From: a virus
Taxonomy: Duplodnaviria > Caudoviricetes
DNA: 64,000 bases
Virus record (IMG/VR): IMGVR_UViG_3300032280_000753
Coordinates: 64,001 to 128,000 of that record
Strand: one strand, 5' to 3'
Part shown: one piece after another, positions 33,487 to 44,600 of the stretch
Numbering within the stretch: the first letter of the stretch is position 1
Layout: the number at the start of each line of letters is the position of its first letter
The notes under the pieces: generated by a model
What the model was told of the DNA's origin: nothing
Databases searched by the model: none
The model's input: the letters and a program-made list of their open reading frames with translations, nothing else
Translations under genes and position numbers: made by a program

Positions 33487-34248
33487 TCATATGCTATCTT
33501 TTCTTCTCCAACCTTTATACGATTTACATGAACCTCTTATAAGAGCATGAACAACATGATAATTTAAACCACGCTGTTCGCTCCAAGATTTAACGTTATG
33601 TATAGGACCACATTCTTCTCCATTTTCATGAATAAGAACTAAATCATATGTTTTTGCCGAGCGCATACTGACCATTTTTTTAATCTGTTCTAAATCACCA
33701 GTATAGTCTTTATTTTCCGGCAATCTCCATCCTTTATGTGACATTGATTTTTTAAACTTAATACGAATTAAAGCGCCTCTATCTAAACCATGTTCTTTAC
33801 AAAAGGAACGAGCCCCGTTAACTGTATACAAAACGTTATCTGGAGATAATATCTGCCAAGGGGCAGCTTTTTTTCTTGCAATTGACAACATCTTTTCTTT
33901 TGTTTGCTGCGAATGAAATACACCAGTTGTGTTTCCGGCTACAGGACATATGTTATAGCACGTATGTTTATTATCAAAATAAACATTTAACCAATGATTT
34001 TCTTTTGTTAGTAAGTCTTCTGCTTTTTCTACAGCTTCAAGTAAATGAAACTCAAAAGCTTCAGAACCACACTTATTCCAGTCATTTTGAAGATATGAGT
34101 TTCCATGCCTATTTCTATTTAAGCATGATATATGAGAAGCATATCTTCTTTGAAGAAGAATTGCGCTACCAACATATATTCTATTGTTTAGAACATTAAC
34201 AATTTTATATATGCCCATTTTCTGTTGGTTGTTTATTTTCCATTTCAT
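33487..34248 (-). CDS. GIY-YIG homing endonuclease
   Basis: GIYKI...YVGS...R...H, E..W, YNI; repeated C-terminal S.KGWR DNA-binding modules. Confidence 0.92.
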   Translation of the reverse strand: MKWKINNQQKMGIYKIVNVLNNRIYVGSAILLQRRYASHISCLNRNRHGNSYLQNDWNKCGSEAFEFHLLEAVEKAEDLLTKENHWLNVYFDNKHTCYNICPVAGNTTGVFHSQQTKEKMLSIARKKAAPWQILSPDNVLYTVNGARSFCKEHGLDRGALIRIKFKKSMSHKGWRLPENKDYTGDLEQIKKMVSMRSAKTYDLVLIHENGEECGPIHNVKSWSEQRGLNYHVVHALIRGSCKSYKGWRRKDSI

Positions 34249-34249
34249 A

Positions 34250-34270
34250 CATCACCTATCCATCACCTAT
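34250..34270 (-). repeat. tandem 10-bp direct repeat ATAGGTGATG (duplicated SD-like element)
   Basis: catcacctat at 34250-34259 and 34261-34270, directly upstream of the GIY-YIG ATG. Confidence 0.8.
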
Positions 34271-34292
34271 AAATATGACGAACAAATGCATT

Positions 34293-34961
34293 TTATGGAT
34301 AAATTAGTTGTCCACCTCTACAAATAATCCAAGCATCGGAAAGATCCTCATTAACCTTATCATATATCATTTGACCTTTAAACTGTCCCGTCTTTGCCTC
34401 ACGGATTATCCATGGAAAACTGGGATTTAAAGTTCTTACGTGCAACAAAACCTTGTCCTTAGTGGAAGAGGTCTTATCTTTATAATCTATCTTAATGTTA
34501 AGTTTAGAGCGGGCAGAGCGAACATTAACCATAATAGGTTTAACGCCAAATAACTGATAGACCATATAAGAAAGAATACCATTGAAACGTCCTAATGTCA
34601 TTATTGTGTCAGCAGACGAAAACCCTGGTGTAAACTTTTTGGCAGCTTCCTCAATGTATATGCGACGAACTTTCCAAGATGGATCAATCCAGTCTGAAAG
34701 AAAGTTATCCGCCTTCTCATATTCATCTTCAAACTTAACAAGCTTCTTATGTGTCAGCTTAACAAGTTGACCAGTTTTGCTATCTATTACGCAGATGCCG
34801 GTGCAGCTCGTGCTGATGTCTAAACCCAAATCAACTAAACGCTTGCCTTCTCCTGTTGCTTCTCCAGAAGGAGGAACCGGGCTCGGATCGGGAATATTAC
34901 TGTCTCCGTCCAAAACTCGTATGTCGTCAACCTTCCCTTTTTTGTTAGACTTTCGCACCAT
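34293..34961 (-). CDS. RuvC-like Holliday junction resolvase
   Basis: LGLDISTSCTG, IYIEE, L.RFNG, K and D..DA catalytic pattern; start uncertain. Confidence 0.85.
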   Translation of the reverse strand: MVRKSNKKGKVDDIRVLDGDSNIPDPSPVPPSGEATGEGKRLVDLGLDISTSCTGICVIDSKTGQLVKLTHKKLVKFEDEYEKADNFLSDWIDPSWKVRRIYIEEAAKKFTPGFSSADTIMTLGRFNGILSYMVYQLFGVKPIMVNVRSARSKLNIKIDYKDKTSSTKDKVLLHVRTLNPSFPWIIREAKTGQFKGQMIYDKVNEDLSDAWIICRGGQLIYP

Positions 34962-35326
34962 CTTCTTGCTGCCTCTGCTTTCTTTACTACCATTATATTA
35001 TTCAACGCAGAGTTTCGTTTGACTTCAATAATTTTTTGAGAGCCATCAACATAATTTACTACGAAATCTGGTATATAAAATCTGACCCTACCAGACTTCG
35101 TATTAGCTATATACGCTATTTTATATGGCTCATAATCATATGTTGTTATAAGCGGATCTTCATCAAAATGCTTACAGACATACAACTCCCAGGAAGAACG
35201 ATATTGAATAGGATGGGGAGATTTTGGAGAGTTATGTGTTCCGGTAATATAATGAGACTGTCTCTTACCTTTACGGGTTCTCTTCCTGCGTTTTGTTGGA
35301 GTTTTTGTAGTCTTTGCTTTTGTCAT
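34835..35326 (-). CDS. TnsA-N / T4 gp4 head-completion nuclease-like protein
   Basis: YRSSWE, YEP..I.Y, YIPDF, IIEVK, K..AA..WC and F.TE motifs. Confidence 0.85.
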   Translation of the reverse strand: MTKAKTTKTPTKRRKRTRKGKRQSHYITGTHNSPKSPHPIQYRSSWELYVCKHFDEDPLITTYDYEPYKIAYIANTKSGRVRFYIPDFVVNYVDGSQKIIEVKRNSALNNIMVVKKAEAARRWCESLTKKGRLTTYEFWTETVIFPIRARFLLLEKQQEKASV

Positions 35327-35345
35327 AATACGTATTAGTTCATAA

Positions 35346-35365
35346 GTGGAACCCTACCAATTAGA
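35346..35365 (-). repeat. 20-bp dispersed element TCTAATTGGTAGGGTTCCAC, copy 2
   Basis: Identical to 1197-1216 in inverted orientation; 19 nt upstream of the ATG at 35326. Confidence 0.9.
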
Positions 35366-35419
35366 AGAGGTGTATGGGTATTATAGGCTAATCACGTGAC
35401 TAAAGTATGTGTGTATCGA

Positions 35420-37774
35420 TCAATAATCCATCTTAATTTTGAAGAGAAACTTATCACCGGAGCGTTTAAGAACCGGTTGAGCTATAGAAGTTCTGCCAAT
35501 AACGTTTAGATTATCATCGTGTAATAATACATTGGATATAAAGACGTATTTCTTATCATTTTCATTTGCAAAATCATCTATATTCCCATTTTGGAATTGA
35601 GCATAGCTGGAACTAATTTCCTGCATGGGTCTTGCATACCCATTTACCGATAAAACGTGAATATTCTGAATGCCTTGGAATTCACATTGGAATTGGTTAA
35701 GACCAAAGAAGTAGAGTTGTGGAACCTTAAGCAGAATAATTCCTTCGTTATAAAATATGTTGCCTATAGAAGCCCATGTTGCATGAGCGGTATCTGCATC
35801 TGCCCGGTATAGATTACCATAACCATCATCTTTAATGGTCATTGATATACTACCGCTTATAGAACCGCTTATGTTTGCATCTGTCAGAACAAACGTTCCT
35901 GGCTTAATACACAAACCATAATACATATTACTGATATCAAAGAATACAACCTGATTACTTGTGTTGTCACGTGTTCTATCGAAGATTGCATAATCTGAAG
36001 CGGGTGTAACTCCACTCTTCCAGAAGTTATCCGGATTATTTGCTCCTTGTAAAGCTACTGATATTGAATTGTCTTGATCATCAGATTGTAAAACCTGACC
36101 TGGGAATGAACCAGTTATCATATCTCTTAAAGAGATTGCTCCTGGCACATAATTTCCTAAATCATCAACAAATTTACTTCCGCTTAAATCGCTTAATAAA
36201 CCATAGTTTGGAAAGAACTTTCCATTATCGTTTGGAAGTATTGAATATAGTCTCTTTACATTTGAACCGGTTGAATACAATAAAGTATTTGCTTCAGTTG
36301 CTGTTGATAACGTTGTTGTGATAGTAGAAGCTGTTAGATTCATTAATCTTGGGTAACGCCCAGTAACAAAATCTCTTACGTAATTTTCGAGATTTATATA
36401 GTGCCCACCACAACCAAAAGCCATTTTGATATCAAATGGGTCTATAGTTGTTCCATCTTTTGCAATCAAAGGAGTTGTTAATACGCCGCCATCATCATTT
36501 ACTACTTGTCTATATGGACTTTCTTGTGTAAAGAAAGGCGGAAGATAAAACTTAAGATCACTTGTTATTGATTTTACGCCAAAACTATCAAGAGCTTTAA
36601 TTTGATCGGTATTGAGATATGAATTATATAATTTTAATTCATGAATTTCTGCCTTAAGAGGATATTTGAAAGCATATGATATAGGCGCATCTTGTGCTGT
36701 GCTATTTTTCAACTCTTCTATTCCATATTTCAATGATGGGTTTGTAGAAAAAAACCATGATGTTTCATTGGATGGACCAGCGTTAGTTCCTTGAAAATAA
36801 TTGCCAACGCACAAGATATCTTGATTGAGAGATGCTGAACCAACTGTTAAGCTATTTGTTATAGCAAAGTTACCTTTATTAATTGAATCAACAATAAATG
36901 AACCGGAACCAAAGTTATAATTTGGACCTCCCCAACGTATTGTTACGTGATGCCATTTATTAACTTCTAATGCATTATCATTTGATAAGAACGTATATGC
37001 AGATGATGTTGAGGCTAAGTCTGGAGCTATATCTGCGGCTCCTGAGAGCTGTAGCAATAATTTAAAACCACTAATCTTTCCATTGATATCTCGTGCCGAT
37101 CCCGAACATAAGCTTATAGCAAATGCACTGGACATATGCATTAAAGTCCCAGGCTTGTATATAACTTCATTTGTATATACAGGCTTTGGCTTTATCCAAA
37201 AATCAAAAGAGAATGCATTGGAATAGCTATAATCTCTATAATTGCTATTCAAAGAGTTAAGTGGGTTTGGGTATAATAAGACACTTCCAGTAGGGGTATT
37301 GCTGGAAGAGAAAAAATTTAAACTGTGATAGTTTGTATAGTTGTAATGAGCCGTTGGATACGAAGTTCTATAATATGGCATCAACGTATTGATGGTAACA
37401 AGCTTACGTAGTGTATTAGAGTTAAATCGGAACGGCGGCTCAAATCTAAGGATTTCTAATCGTTGATATTGCTTTGGAGATATTGGAGTTTCTTGAACCC
37501 CTGTCATATAAGATGTAATCTCCGAAACAATATTCGTAGAACCAGTTGAAGCTGTAATAGCATTCAAACGTAATTGATTTAAATCATAATCATTGAAATA
37601 TGATTTATTATAATATGTTAAGGGATATGGTTCTTTTTGAAATGTAGAACGTCTTGCAAAAAGATAAAGAGATCCAGTTACACCACCTGTTGAAGAACTG
37701 ACATAAGTTCTTCTTGGATTGGTTTCAATTGTGAACGTTTCGAAATCATCTGGTGTAACTCGTTGTATTGACAT
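35420..37774 (-). CDS. tail/baseplate structural protein with LamG-like domain
   Basis: FSFDFWIKP, KWHHVTI and IHELKLYN; C-terminal FISNV.LHDDNLNVI.....QP..K resembles the end of 37797..38987. Confidence 0.7.
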   Translation of the reverse strand: MSIQRVTPDDFETFTIETNPRRTYVSSSTGGVTGSLYLFARRSTFQKEPYPLTYYNKSYFNDYDLNQLRLNAITASTGSTNIVSEITSYMTGVQETPISPKQYQRLEILRFEPPFRFNSNTLRKLVTINTLMPYYRTSYPTAHYNYTNYHSLNFFSSSNTPTGSVLLYPNPLNSLNSNYRDYSYSNAFSFDFWIKPKPVYTNEVIYKPGTLMHMSSAFAISLCSGSARDINGKISGFKLLLQLSGAADIAPDLASTSSAYTFLSNDNALEVNKWHHVTIRWGGPNYNFGSGSFIVDSINKGNFAITNSLTVGSASLNQDILCVGNYFQGTNAGPSNETSWFFSTNPSLKYGIEELKNSTAQDAPISYAFKYPLKAEIHELKLYNSYLNTDQIKALDSFGVKSITSDLKFYLPPFFTQESPYRQVVNDDGGVLTTPLIAKDGTTIDPFDIKMAFGCGGHYINLENYVRDFVTGRYPRLMNLTASTITTTLSTATEANTLLYSTGSNVKRLYSILPNDNGKFFPNYGLLSDLSGSKFVDDLGNYVPGAISLRDMITGSFPGQVLQSDDQDNSISVALQGANNPDNFWKSGVTPASDYAIFDRTRDNTSNQVVFFDISNMYYGLCIKPGTFVLTDANISGSISGSISMTIKDDGYGNLYRADADTAHATWASIGNIFYNEGIILLKVPQLYFFGLNQFQCEFQGIQNIHVLSVNGYARPMQEISSSYAQFQNGNIDDFANENDKKYVFISNVLLHDDNLNVIGRTSIAQPVLKRSGDKFLFKIKMDY

Positions 37775-37796
37775 AGCATACGTTCAATCTGAAATA

Positions 37797-38987
37797 TCAG
37801 AAATCAAGTCTTACTTTGAATGTGATATCTCTTTCAGAATCTTTGAAAACTGGACGTGATAGTTTCGATACTCCAAGAAGATTGTTATTGTCATCATACA
37901 ATCCTATTGAAGATACAAACGTAAATCCTTCTTGTTCTAACTCTTGTCCTTCATCAATAACTACAATACGATTGTTGTCATCTGTATAGGTTGGATTTGA
38001 AGAGTAATTGAATGAATCTGGGTTTGCACGACAGAAAAATATTGTGCTGTTAATATTTGTAACGTTCTGAAATGTCACAGCGGTTTCATTAGATGATGTG
38101 AATCTTGTTGAACACAAATGATCCAAGAAATCATCTATAGAAGCTGACGCACCAAACATACAAAGTGATGCGGACATATTTCCATTAATCCCGCTTGTAT
38201 ATTCAACAGAGCTAATAGCTCCAGATATAAAAGTCTTTTGATCAAAACTTCTTGACATATCAAGAACCATTATTCCACGATCAAGGAATAGAAGTCCGTA
38301 TGGATTTGTTGTAACGGCAGAATCAACTAATACAGCAGCTTCACCGCCAACAGTATAGTATTTGTTGGTGCTGGAGTTAATATCAGTAAAGATAGACGCA
38401 CTAACACCGGACTTAACAATATTACCTGCTACGTTTGCTGGAGTTGGAACTGCAACACCATTTCCAGAAGCAGATACAAAGAATCTAATGGCCGTTGTCT
38501 CTCTTTTTACTTTATCTCTTGCAAACAAACGTTTAAAGCAAATGAATACAGCTTCTTTAATTTCAATTGTATTGTTTGATGCTGGGGCTGTTGCTGTAAA
38601 TGTTGCAGTTTCATCACCAAGCAACTCACGTGCAAATAAACGATATATATCTATTTTTTCTCTCATCATAAGAGAGTTAGCTGGAAATATGTATTTGCCG
38701 TTTGCATCTATTGTAGGGGCCCAAGCAGATACTATTGATGAACCGGTTGAGTAACCATAAGTGATGTCAAAAACTGGATTGGCAGTTTGTAAAGTAAAGT
38801 CTTGATCAAATACTGTTTGAAACAAAGAAGACGTTACTCCCGGTCCAAGACCTCCAGTTACGAACACTTGATATTCTCTTCTGGTTGCAGAAGAAGAAAC
38901 ATCAGAACCAATGATATCAACCAATTGGTTTAAATAAGAAGTTGTTGACTTAATATCTTGATTGTCAAACGCTTGAAAAGTAGCCAT
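37797..38987 (-). CDS. virion structural protein (tail/baseplate)
   Basis: C-terminal FNYSSNPT...IGLYDDNNNLL.VSKLSRP..K...F.VRLDF; lies in the baseplate operon. Confidence 0.7.
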   Translation of the reverse strand: MATFQAFDNQDIKSTTSYLNQLVDIIGSDVSSSATRREYQVFVTGGLGPGVTSSLFQTVFDQDFTLQTANPVFDITYGYSTGSSIVSAWAPTIDANGKYIFPANSLMMREKIDIYRLFARELLGDETATFTATAPASNNTIEIKEAVFICFKRLFARDKVKRETTAIRFFVSASGNGVAVPTPANVAGNIVKSGVSASIFTDINSSTNKYYTVGGEAAVLVDSAVTTNPYGLLFLDRGIMVLDMSRSFDQKTFISGAISSVEYTSGINGNMSASLCMFGASASIDDFLDHLCSTRFTSSNETAVTFQNVTNINSTIFFCRANPDSFNYSSNPTYTDDNNRIVVIDEGQELEQEGFTFVSSIGLYDDNNNLLGVSKLSRPVFKDSERDITFKVRLDF

Positions 38988-39002
38988 TATACCTTGTCCT
39001 TA

Positions 39003-39716
39003 TCAGGTTAATTTGTTGATCTGAACCAATATGTCTAATGTAGCTCCGGATTGTAATCCGGTAACTTTCATATACGTATTGATTGTGGTCTTAGTGCTGG
39101 TACCATTTACAGCGCCATATATTTGAAACTGAGATGTTGTGATAGAACGAGTTCTTAAAGTAAAGTTAAGAACTGAACCATTTGTGTCAGAAGACTTGCC
39201 GGCGGTAGATGCGATTAGATATGATGATGTTTGATTTTGAGACTCTGTATATTCCGGCGTTTCTTTGTCTATATCTAAAAATTGTGAGTTGATTTGAATC
39301 ATATATGTAGCGTCTACCAACTCACTATTAACATTAAGCGGATCAGCAAATACTTGTTGGATTGATACGTTTGAAGTTTTTGCATTTGATGCACCAATTT
39401 GAATATTCGTTGAGTTACCAACAAGACTAATGCTTGGTAGATATATTAGATTTGGATCAGAAACCGATACACAACGATATTTTTGTGCCAAAGAACCATT
39501 GGTAAGTGCTTCAAAGATTGGTGTATTTTTCTCAATCTTTTCTTTGCCTACTGTGCGACCATATTTTTGAATGATGCCGTAATCGATTTCATCATCGCCA
39601 AGAGCAAATTTGCTAACTTTAAAGCTTTGATTGTTTTGTGAAAGAAATTTTCTTCCAGTATCGGTTAGAACAGCATCTAATATGATGTTATTTGTATCAC
39701 CTTGTAAAAATCCCAT
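39003..39716 (-). CDS. virion structural protein, tail-collar-like N-terminus
   Basis: DAVLTDTGR..L......KFALGDDEIDY. Confidence 0.65.
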   Translation of the reverse strand: MGFLQGDTNNIILDAVLTDTGRKFLSQNNQSFKVSKFALGDDEIDYGIIQKYGRTVGKEKIEKNTPIFEALTNGSLAQKYRCVSVSDPNLIYLPSISLVGNSTNIQIGASNAKTSNVSIQQVFADPLNVNSELVDATYMIQINSQFLDIDKETPEYTESQNQTSSYLIASTAGKSSDTNGSVLNFTLRTRSITTSQFQIYGAVNGTSTKTTINTYMKVTGLQSGATLDILVQINKLT

Positions 39717-39731
39717 ATGTATCTCCAGACC

Positions 39732-41663
39732 TTATTTTATTAAACTAAGCTTGTCGGTGGTTAAGCTTCCTATATTATTATTTATTGAAGTAGTTGAATT
39801 TTTTGATATGTTATTTGTTCCAGGCTTATTACTTTGATTTCTCGTATCTTGCAAGGCAATATCAATAGTTTGTTCGCTTTGAAGGTCAATATTAATCATT
39901 TGTAGTTTATAGATAGAATTTGAATCTGTCTTCAATAATTGTAAATCTGTCGGCGGACTACCCTGACTCGTGACTTTTAAGTATTCCGGATTGAAGATTA
40001 TTTGTAACTTTTTAGAACCACTTGTTCTTATTGAGTCAACAAATGCATCTTTTTGTAAGAAAAAGTTTGGATATGCTTTCGGAGCGCCTTGCTTAGATAT
40101 TGATCTTTTAATTAATTTATTTTGATTTCTATCAAAAGATATCTGTAATTGAACCGAATAATTTGAACTGTTTCCATGAGCATCTATAGAAGCCAGCGCA
40201 TATATGGCGTTACTTTCCTTCGTAAACTCATCATCTCTATAGTATTTTATTGGCAATGCTGTGCCATTTGCGCTACGTAAATTATCAACCAAGACTTGAT
40301 CTACAAAATTTTCAGACATCTCTAATGCAGACAAAGGAGTTTGACTATCATTGAAATCATAAACTTTATACAATTGAAATGGTTCATTGACTCCATTTCT
40401 TTTGAATACTTGAACATATTTTATGTCACGTTGTGGATTCACTGGCAGATTCCATGATAAAAATGGGAGATTCGTTTGATAATCCCATGTGATATCAAAA
40501 TCTACAGGTGGCGGAGGAGGAACGGTTTCTTTACACGTTATATAGACTTCAGGACTTCTCTGAGATGCCACCAGATAAGTTGTCATACCAAATTCAATAC
40601 TATCGTCAGTAATATTGTAAGTTGGTATTTCTAATAAGAATACTGACTTAACTGTGTAGCCGTATTGTGTTCCATATTTGACATTATAATCAATGCATTC
40701 AGAAACGTTTATAGAGTCAACTATAACTGGAGGTTTAGTTATAGGTTGTCCGGTCGTCGGATATTCTGTTTTCTCTACAATGTAGCCAATTAGTTGAAAA
40801 TCTGTTTTATATACTCCTGGTTGAACTTCTGTATTATAGCTGATGTAATTTGGCATATTCATTTGATAATCAACAGCATCAATTACAGAGTTTGATCTCG
40901 CTACAATAGCATTTTCCTGCACTGTGTTTGCCAAAGGCAAAGTGGCATAGGTTTCATTGCCGTATATGTTGTCTGGTTGTTGAACCGAGGATCTTAGTAG
41001 AGTGGCGATTCTTTTATTATTGAAAGAAGCCTTAAGCTTAACGTTTCTAATTTGATTGATTATACTTTCAGTTATAGCCGCTTTGTTTTCATTGTTGATG
41101 TATTTGACACCATTTTTTTCCAAATCAATAAAAGATTCAGCTAAGAAACTTGATTCAACTTGATTTGAAGTATTTGCATTTAATATTTTTACTATATCAA
41201 GTTGAGATAGACTATTAGTATCTATAGATTGTTGAACTATAATTGAGTTAATTGCTTTATTAATAGCATATAGAACTTTTCCATCTGCTCCATTATCTTT
41301 GAATAAGATGCTTGTAAAAAAATCTGATGATAGCGTTTCTTCATCTAATATTTTATCTAAGTTGTTTTTTATTGATACGGTGCCAATCCAATCGGGTCTA
41401 TTTCCAAGTATTATTGGATTCCATTTGAGATTAACGTAACGTGGAACAAATCGTTCAATTTTTCTTTTTAACTGTTGTCTTAACGTAATGTTTTGATAGT
41501 TTTGAAGATCATTTTGTAGACGATTTGGGGTTGCATTGAGAGGATTTTCATTCTTATATTCATCAGGCAAATAAAAATTGTATACAAACGAAGCCTCTGG
41601 AATTTGTATTTCGCCAGGAGCATCTATGATTACAGCTTTGTTAGATGGATATGATTTCGTCAT
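39732..41663 (-). CDS. probable structural protein with FN3-like repeats
   Basis: 643 aa; D.NV.YG..Y.Y.V, PPPPVDF...W and Y.D......Y.L.S.D.HG patterns. Confidence 0.65.
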   Translation of the reverse strand: MTKSYPSNKAVIIDAPGEIQIPEASFVYNFYLPDEYKNENPLNATPNRLQNDLQNYQNITLRQQLKRKIERFVPRYVNLKWNPIILGNRPDWIGTVSIKNNLDKILDEETLSSDFFTSILFKDNGADGKVLYAINKAINSIIVQQSIDTNSLSQLDIVKILNANTSNQVESSFLAESFIDLEKNGVKYINNENKAAITESIINQIRNVKLKASFNNKRIATLLRSSVQQPDNIYGNETYATLPLANTVQENAIVARSNSVIDAVDYQMNMPNYISYNTEVQPGVYKTDFQLIGYIVEKTEYPTTGQPITKPPVIVDSINVSECIDYNVKYGTQYGYTVKSVFLLEIPTYNITDDSIEFGMTTYLVASQRSPEVYITCKETVPPPPPVDFDITWDYQTNLPFLSWNLPVNPQRDIKYVQVFKRNGVNEPFQLYKVYDFNDSQTPLSALEMSENFVDQVLVDNLRSANGTALPIKYYRDDEFTKESNAIYALASIDAHGNSSNYSVQLQISFDRNQNKLIKRSISKQGAPKAYPNFFLQKDAFVDSIRTSGSKKLQIIFNPEYLKVTSQGSPPTDLQLLKTDSNSIYKLQMINIDLQSEQTIDIALQDTRNQSNKPGTNNISKNSTTSINNNIGSLTTDKLSLIK

Positions 41664-41673
41664 GTAGTATCCT

Positions 41674-44600
41674 TCAGAATATCTTTTTTCTTGTGATATT
41701 ATTATTCAAACCCTGTGTCACCAAAGCATTACGCAACGTTGATCTTAAACGTGACATACTATTGCCATTAGCGGTCTGCGTTATGGTTGGAACTATAGTT
41801 CCTTGTCTCGTATCTTCTGCGGTTTCTATCTGAACAAATATGTCCTTGAGAATAAACTCGGATGCCTTACCATCAATAAGATAATATTTGTTATTTTGAC
41901 CTTCTTTTCTGTATATAATTTTATTTCCCAATGGCGTCAATAATGCATTGATGTCTGGATTTAGTAACTTTGTTTTTTCAATGTCAATTTCCATTACATA
42001 CATTTGCATTGGCAAATAAAATATTCTGTCAAAGAGTTTTGGATACAAAACACGACTAATAACTTCGCCTTGATTGAAAACCAAACTTCCATATGTGAAT
42101 ATTCTATATAGGTCTTTTACATCATCAGCTATATCCGGATTAGCTAATATTTGTGCCGTTGAACTTTCTCCAGAAGGAACCGTTAGTTTCAATTGCTTTA
42201 AATAAGCATCTATTAAATTTCTTGCTTTTGGATTGAGAATACGAGCTGGCGCTGTGGGGAAAACAAATGTATCTTCCGATGGTTTAACACCGGTTGTCAT
42301 ACTCATATACAAACCAAACAAATAGCTATTTGTATGATTGACAATAAGCTCTTTAATTTGTTCTTCATTTAAGAAATTATATTTTGGATCTTTTTTAAGA
42401 GAATCGTATGATACTTCTTTTGGATTGAAAGGTTCTTCGAAATCTGTAATCGATAATCTGTTAAGGACATCAAGATATCTTTCGCCAACTTGAGGTTTTG
42501 TGTCAATCAAATTCTTTTTTGTTGTAAAAAGGCTGGCATCAAAAATAAGCTTCGTTGGTTTAAATATCAAATTTGGATACTTGGCATTACGCACATAAAC
42601 GTTAACGTATATAATGTCTCCTTGACGATCTCTAAATGTTTTATCATTAACGTTTCTAATGCTTATTTTATCCGTCAGATACTTCGTAAACCCCGAAGGA
42701 AGACCAACCGTTAGTATCTTATAATTTCTTTTTATATCTGCTTCACCAAAGCCTGTTGTTGGTTTATAGTTTTCTAACATCTTTTCTAATGCAGCATATT
42801 CTTCCGGAACTATAGCATCTGACACTATCATCTCAATATCTTTAATATTCGTATTTGAGTTAGTGCCGCCGCCAGGATTTGATACAAACTCGAGTGGAAC
42901 ATTAGTTTTTTGTCTTATGTCTTGAAATGTTTGTGCTGATATACGAAGCTGAGAAAGGTTTTTGATTAAATTTAAGTTTGTTATTGGACTTGATTTCAAA
43001 AAAGCTTTTAATCCATCTTGTGTGAAGAATTGTTTTACTTGATTTAGTGAAAGATTTAAGTTGTCTCCAATAACTTTATATATTCCCAATATATTGCTTA
43101 TATCATCATATTCTTGTTGAATTTTTTTCTTGTTATTTTCCAATGCAACAAAATATATGTTGTTACTTCTTTCAGTTTGCAAATCTTCTTCTTTAGAATC
43201 TGAAGTAAGAAGTCCTATAGCCTTTTGTGTCATTCCAGTATTTGTTAAATCAATTGCCAAATTAACGATGTTGATAACTCCCGTTTTTGTTTCCGAAGAA
43301 ACAGCCGCTGTGAAACTAACATTTACTGTTCCATCTGGTCCAGGTTGGTCACCTTGTTTATCTGCTTGAACGGTATAAGACCCAGATACTCTTGTTTCTG
43401 TTAGTTGTATTTTTCCAAAGATATCTTGACTTATACTTCCCTTTATTTTTATGAATGAATACTTTTTAGCATATTGACAAAATATTTCATAAAGCATAAA
43501 AAGCTGAGTGCTACAACTAAGAGAACTCAATCTTGTTCTTCCGGAATTGTCATTTAGCAAATGCACATTTGAACCATTGACTTGTGCCGACTCAAAAAAA
43601 ATGTTGGCAAGATTAATATATTGATATATTAAATTAACGTTTCCAAATGGTCCTTGAGCTAAAGCAGCTTTTTGCAAAACGTTTGATATGTCAGAAATGC
43701 TTATAAATGTAGTAATCTCTTTGCCGCTATTAAATCCAGAAACATATGGATTGTTTGGAGATTCGGATTTTATTGCTTTTTGATATCCGCCTGATATTGC
43801 ATCGGCAGATTGTTTAAGCAAATTAAAAAGCTTCGAACCGTCTACTGTGCTTGTGTTTTCAGCTTGACTAAGATCTGTATTCATAGTGCTATACAAAGAA
43901 GAAAGTTTTGAGACTGTATCTATCTCATTTCTTGCCAATATATTGAACAGACCTGTTTTTTGTTCTGGCATATTTCTTATGAGTCCAGCTAATATACAGA
44001 ACTGAAAAAGCGTAACCTTTAAATCTGGATCTGAATTGGCAGCATTGAATATGCTCATTATTAAAGCTTGTTCGGTGGTTACTTCAAGAATTCCTGGATC
44101 TGGCACATTAAGTTCATTAATCTGTCTTGTAAGATCGTCAATTCTTTTTTGTAGAGCTTTGACAATAGGAGGATTCTTGATTTCATCAATTGCTTTGTCA
44201 ATCCCGGACTCAGTAGCCTGATATCCATTGTCCCGCTGTCCAGACGAGTTTAGACCACCTCCCTGGCGTGATACTTCGAACTCACCAGCCGGAATATTTT
44301 TTTGCTCTTCTGTCAACTGTTCTGTAGCTTCTTTCTTGCTTTGTTCCAGAGCCAGTTTCTTAAGATATTTTGCAGGATCTAATCTACTTGCAACCTCTTC
44401 TTCGGTTTCAGTAACTTTATCAAATGCAACATAAAAAGCTTGCAATATTTTCTTTTGAAGGTCAATCGGATTCAACAGTCTATCTATTGTTTGACCAGCA
44501 GTTGTGGTATCTTCAACGTTAAAAAGAGTAGTAATGATATCAGAAGCATTTTGAACTATTGAAGTGTAATTGCTTATATACGTCGTATAAGGTTCTGTAT

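Noticed and set aside
33487-34248. Group I intron hosting the GIY-YIG gene
   Set aside because: The flanking genes are intact and different, and the spacers (~45-50 nt) are too short for an intron core.
34835-35326. Tn7-like transposon
   Set aside because: No tnsB, tnsC or tniQ nearby; a lone TnsA-N domain beside structural genes fits the T4 gp4-like nuclease.
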